Origin: Heterodontus francisci
Taxonomy: Eukaryota
DNA length: 64,000 nt
Reading direction: 5' to 3'
Assembly (NCBI RefSeq): GCF_036365525.1
Contig: NW_027140453.1
Span: 930,001 to 994,000, forward strand
A program made the position numbers and the translations under genes. The notes below the pieces were generated by a model. That model saw only the letters and a program-made list of their open reading frames with translations. It did not search any database and was not told where the DNA came from. This document shows positions 61,395 to 64,000 of this stretch, one piece after another (position 1 is the stretch's first letter; each line of letters starts with the position of its first letter).

Positions 61395-64000
61395 AAAGAG
61401 ACAGTCTGTGATAGGGTGGGGAGGGGAGGGACAGATAGAGAGATAGAGGGAGACAGGGAGAGATAGAGAGGCAGAGAGAGAGAGAAAGGCAGAGAAAGAG
61501 ATACATAGAGAGAGGAACATAGAGACAAAGACCCACAGAGACAGAGAGAGAGACAGATAGATGGAGATCGAGTAATATAGCGTTTGAAAAACAGAGACAG
61601 AGTGAGGCAGAGAGACATAGATGGAGTGACTGCGAGAGACTGAGAGAGGGAGAGAGAGACAGAGAGAGAGAGACTGAGAGAGAGAAAGGCAGAGAAAGTG
61701 ACATATATAGAGAGAAACACAGAGACAGAGACCCACAGAGACAGAGAGAGAGACAGATAGACGGAGTTCGAGTAATATAGCGTTTGAAAAAGAGAGACAG
61801 AGTGAGGCAGAGAGACAGAGATGGAGTGAATGCGAGAGAATGAGAGAGAGAGAGACAGAGACAGAGAGAGAGAGACAGAGGGAGATGTAGAGAGAGAGAC
61901 AGACAGACAGAGAGGGAGCGATGGAGAGAGAAAGTAGACAGAGATGGAAAGTAGACAGAGATAGAGTGAGATAGTATTAGGCACAGAAAGAGAGACAGAG
62001 TGAGGTAATGAGACAGATGGTGAGACAGAGAGAAAGAGAGAGACAGAGAGAAAGAGAGGCAGACAGAGACAGTGAGAGGCTGATAGCCAGAGTGAGAAAA
62101 AAGAAGAACGTCAGAGACAGGCAAAGAAAGAGGAGGAAAAGGAGGGAAAGAGTAAAGGGCGGAAGGAAAACAGAGAACAAGACAAAGAGGCAGAGAGTAA
62201 GAGGGACAGAGCGAGAGTGAACGGAAGAGAGAGAGAGAGACAAACAGAGAGACAGAGGGAGCGAGAGACAGAGAAGAGACAGTAGACAGAGACCGAGTGA
62301 AATAGTGTTAGGCACAGAAAGAGAGACAGATGAGGTAGTGAGACAAATGGAGAGATAGAGACAAAGAGAGAAACAGAGAGAGAGGCAGACAGAGACAGTG
62401 AGAGAGTGAGAGGCAGAGAGAAGTTAGAATGTCAGAGAAAGGCAAAGATAGAGAGAGAGAAAGGAGAGAAAGAGTAAAGGAAGGAAGGGAAAGCGAGAAC
62501 AAGACAAAGAGACAGAGAGAGACAGGGGCGAAGAGAGAGAAAAGAAAGAGAGAGGGGGCAGACAGAGAGACAGAGGGAGGGAGAGACAGAGACAGAGGTA
62601 GAGAGAGAGAGAGAGAGAGAGAGATACAGATAGACAGAGAGAGACAGTAGACAGAGACCGAGTGAAATAGTGTTAGGCACAGAAAGAGAGACAGATGAGG
62701 TAGTGCGACAGAAGGAGAGACAGAGAGAAAGAAAGAAACAGAGAGCGAGGCAGACAGAGACAGTGAAAGAGTGAGAGGCAGAGAGGAGAAGGAAGAACGT
62801 CAGAGACAGGCAGAGATAGAGAGAGAGAAAGGGAGAGAAAGAGTAAAGGGAAGGAGGAAAACAACAAGACAGAGAGTCAGAAAGAGAGATGGGGCAGAGA
62901 GAGAGAGAGTGGCNNNNNNNNNNNNNNNNNNNNNNNNNNNNNNNNNNNNNNNNNNNNNNNNNNNNNNNNNNNNNNNNNNNNNNNNNNNNNNNNNNNNNNN
63001 NNNNNNNNNNNNNNNNNNNNNNNNNNNNNNNNNNNNNNNNNNNNNNNNNNNNNNNNNNNNNNNNNNNNNNNNNNNNNNNNNNNNNNNNNNNNNNNNNNNN
63101 NNNNNAGACAGCGAGAGAGAGACAGATAGACAGAGAGAGACAGAGATACGGAGAGAGAGAGAGGCAGGGAGGGGGCAGACAGAGACAGTGAGAGTCAAAG
63201 AGGCAGAGAGGGGAAAAAGAACGTCAGAGACAGGCAAAGATAGACAGAGAGAAAGGGAGAGAAAGAGTAAAGGGAGGAAGGATACAGAGAACAAGACAAA
63301 GAGGCAGAGAGATTCAGCGAGAGAGACCGAGAGAGACAGCAGACAGAGATCGAGTGAAATAGCGTGATGCCGAGAAAGAGAGACGGAGTGAGGTAGTGAG
63401 ACAAATGGAGAGATAGAGCGAAAGAGAGAGACAGAGAGAGAGGCAGACAGAGACAGTGAGAGAGTGAGAGGCAGAGAGAAGAAAGAAGAACGTCAGAGAC
63501 AGGCAAAGATAGAGAGAGAGAGAAAGGGAGAGAAAGAGTAAAGGTAAACAGAGAACNNNNNNNNNNNNNNNNNNNNNNNNNNNNNNNNNNNNNNNNNNNN
63601 NNNNNNNNNNNNNNNNNNNNNNNNNNNNNNNNNNNNNNNNNNNNNNNNNNNNNNNNNNNNNNNNNNNNNNNNNNNNNNNNNNNNNNNNCAGAGATATAGT
63701 GTGATAGTTTTAGACACAGAAAGAGAGATAGAGTGAAATAGCGAGACAGAGATGGAGAGACTGGGAGAGACAGAAAGAGACAAAGAGAGGCAGAGAACGA
63801 GAGACAGTGAGAGATGTGATGCTGAGAGAGAAAAGGAAGAACATCAGAGACAGGCAAAGATAGAGAGAGAGAAGCAAAACAGAGATCAAGACAAAGAGAT
63901 AGAGAGACACAGAGAGAGAGGGAGACAGAAAGAGAGACAAAGAGAGAGGAAGATAGATAGAGAGAGAGAGAGAGCAAGAGATAGAGATAGAGAGAGACAG
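61395..64000. repeat. GA-rich degenerate satellite with ~180-bp and ~350-bp higher-order repeats; two N-gaps
   Basis: Recurrent ttaggcacagaaagagagacag at ~61978, 62309 and 62673; gagtaatatagcgtttg at 61570 and 61770. Confidence 0.9.

Noticed and set aside
1-64000. D, J or C segments, germline-joined V(D)J, or trypsinogen genes
   Set aside because: By eye I found no FGxG J motif with 12-RSS, no RSS-flanked D, no C exon and no protease exon; all complete V exons retain their RSS. Small segments could hide in N-gaps or have been missed

Overview
Vertebrate genomic DNA, most likely a cartilaginous fish (shark). This is inferred from HE1-type V-SINE, DeuSINE and CR1 LINE repeats. The window is part of the germline variable-segment array of a T-cell receptor locus, most likely TCR beta. 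I can support 7 apparently intact V segments, each with a leader exon, a V exon and a 23-bp-spacer RSS: ~24.2k (minus strand, inverted), 27.1k, 29.1k, 34.4k, 39.4k, 41.9k and 57.3k. There are also 6 pseudogene or orphan pieces: an orphan frameshifted leader at 32.7k, a 3'-only V plus RSS at 37.9k, a nonsense V at 47.5k, a leaderless frameshifted V at 49.9k, an internally deleted V at 59.0k and an orphan leader at 60.75k. Most belong to one expanded family ending in CAWS that resembles mammalian TRBV30. No D, J or C segment was found. The rest is an 11-kb CT-rich satellite, several minisatellites, two large CR1 LINEs, many CR1/SINE fragments and 7 N-gaps. The most interesting unexplained signals are (1) a set of CTCF-motif elements tied to the V segments, including two 45-bp tandem arrays of CTCF-like sites, one starting 38 bp after an RSS; (2) a V segment with an IgNAR-type-II-like extra CDR1/CDR3 cysteine pair; (3) one inverted V bracketed by inverted CAA arrays; and (4) a CR1 with a six-copy 160-bp 5' monomer array. 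Most entries in the ORF track are low-complexity artefacts.
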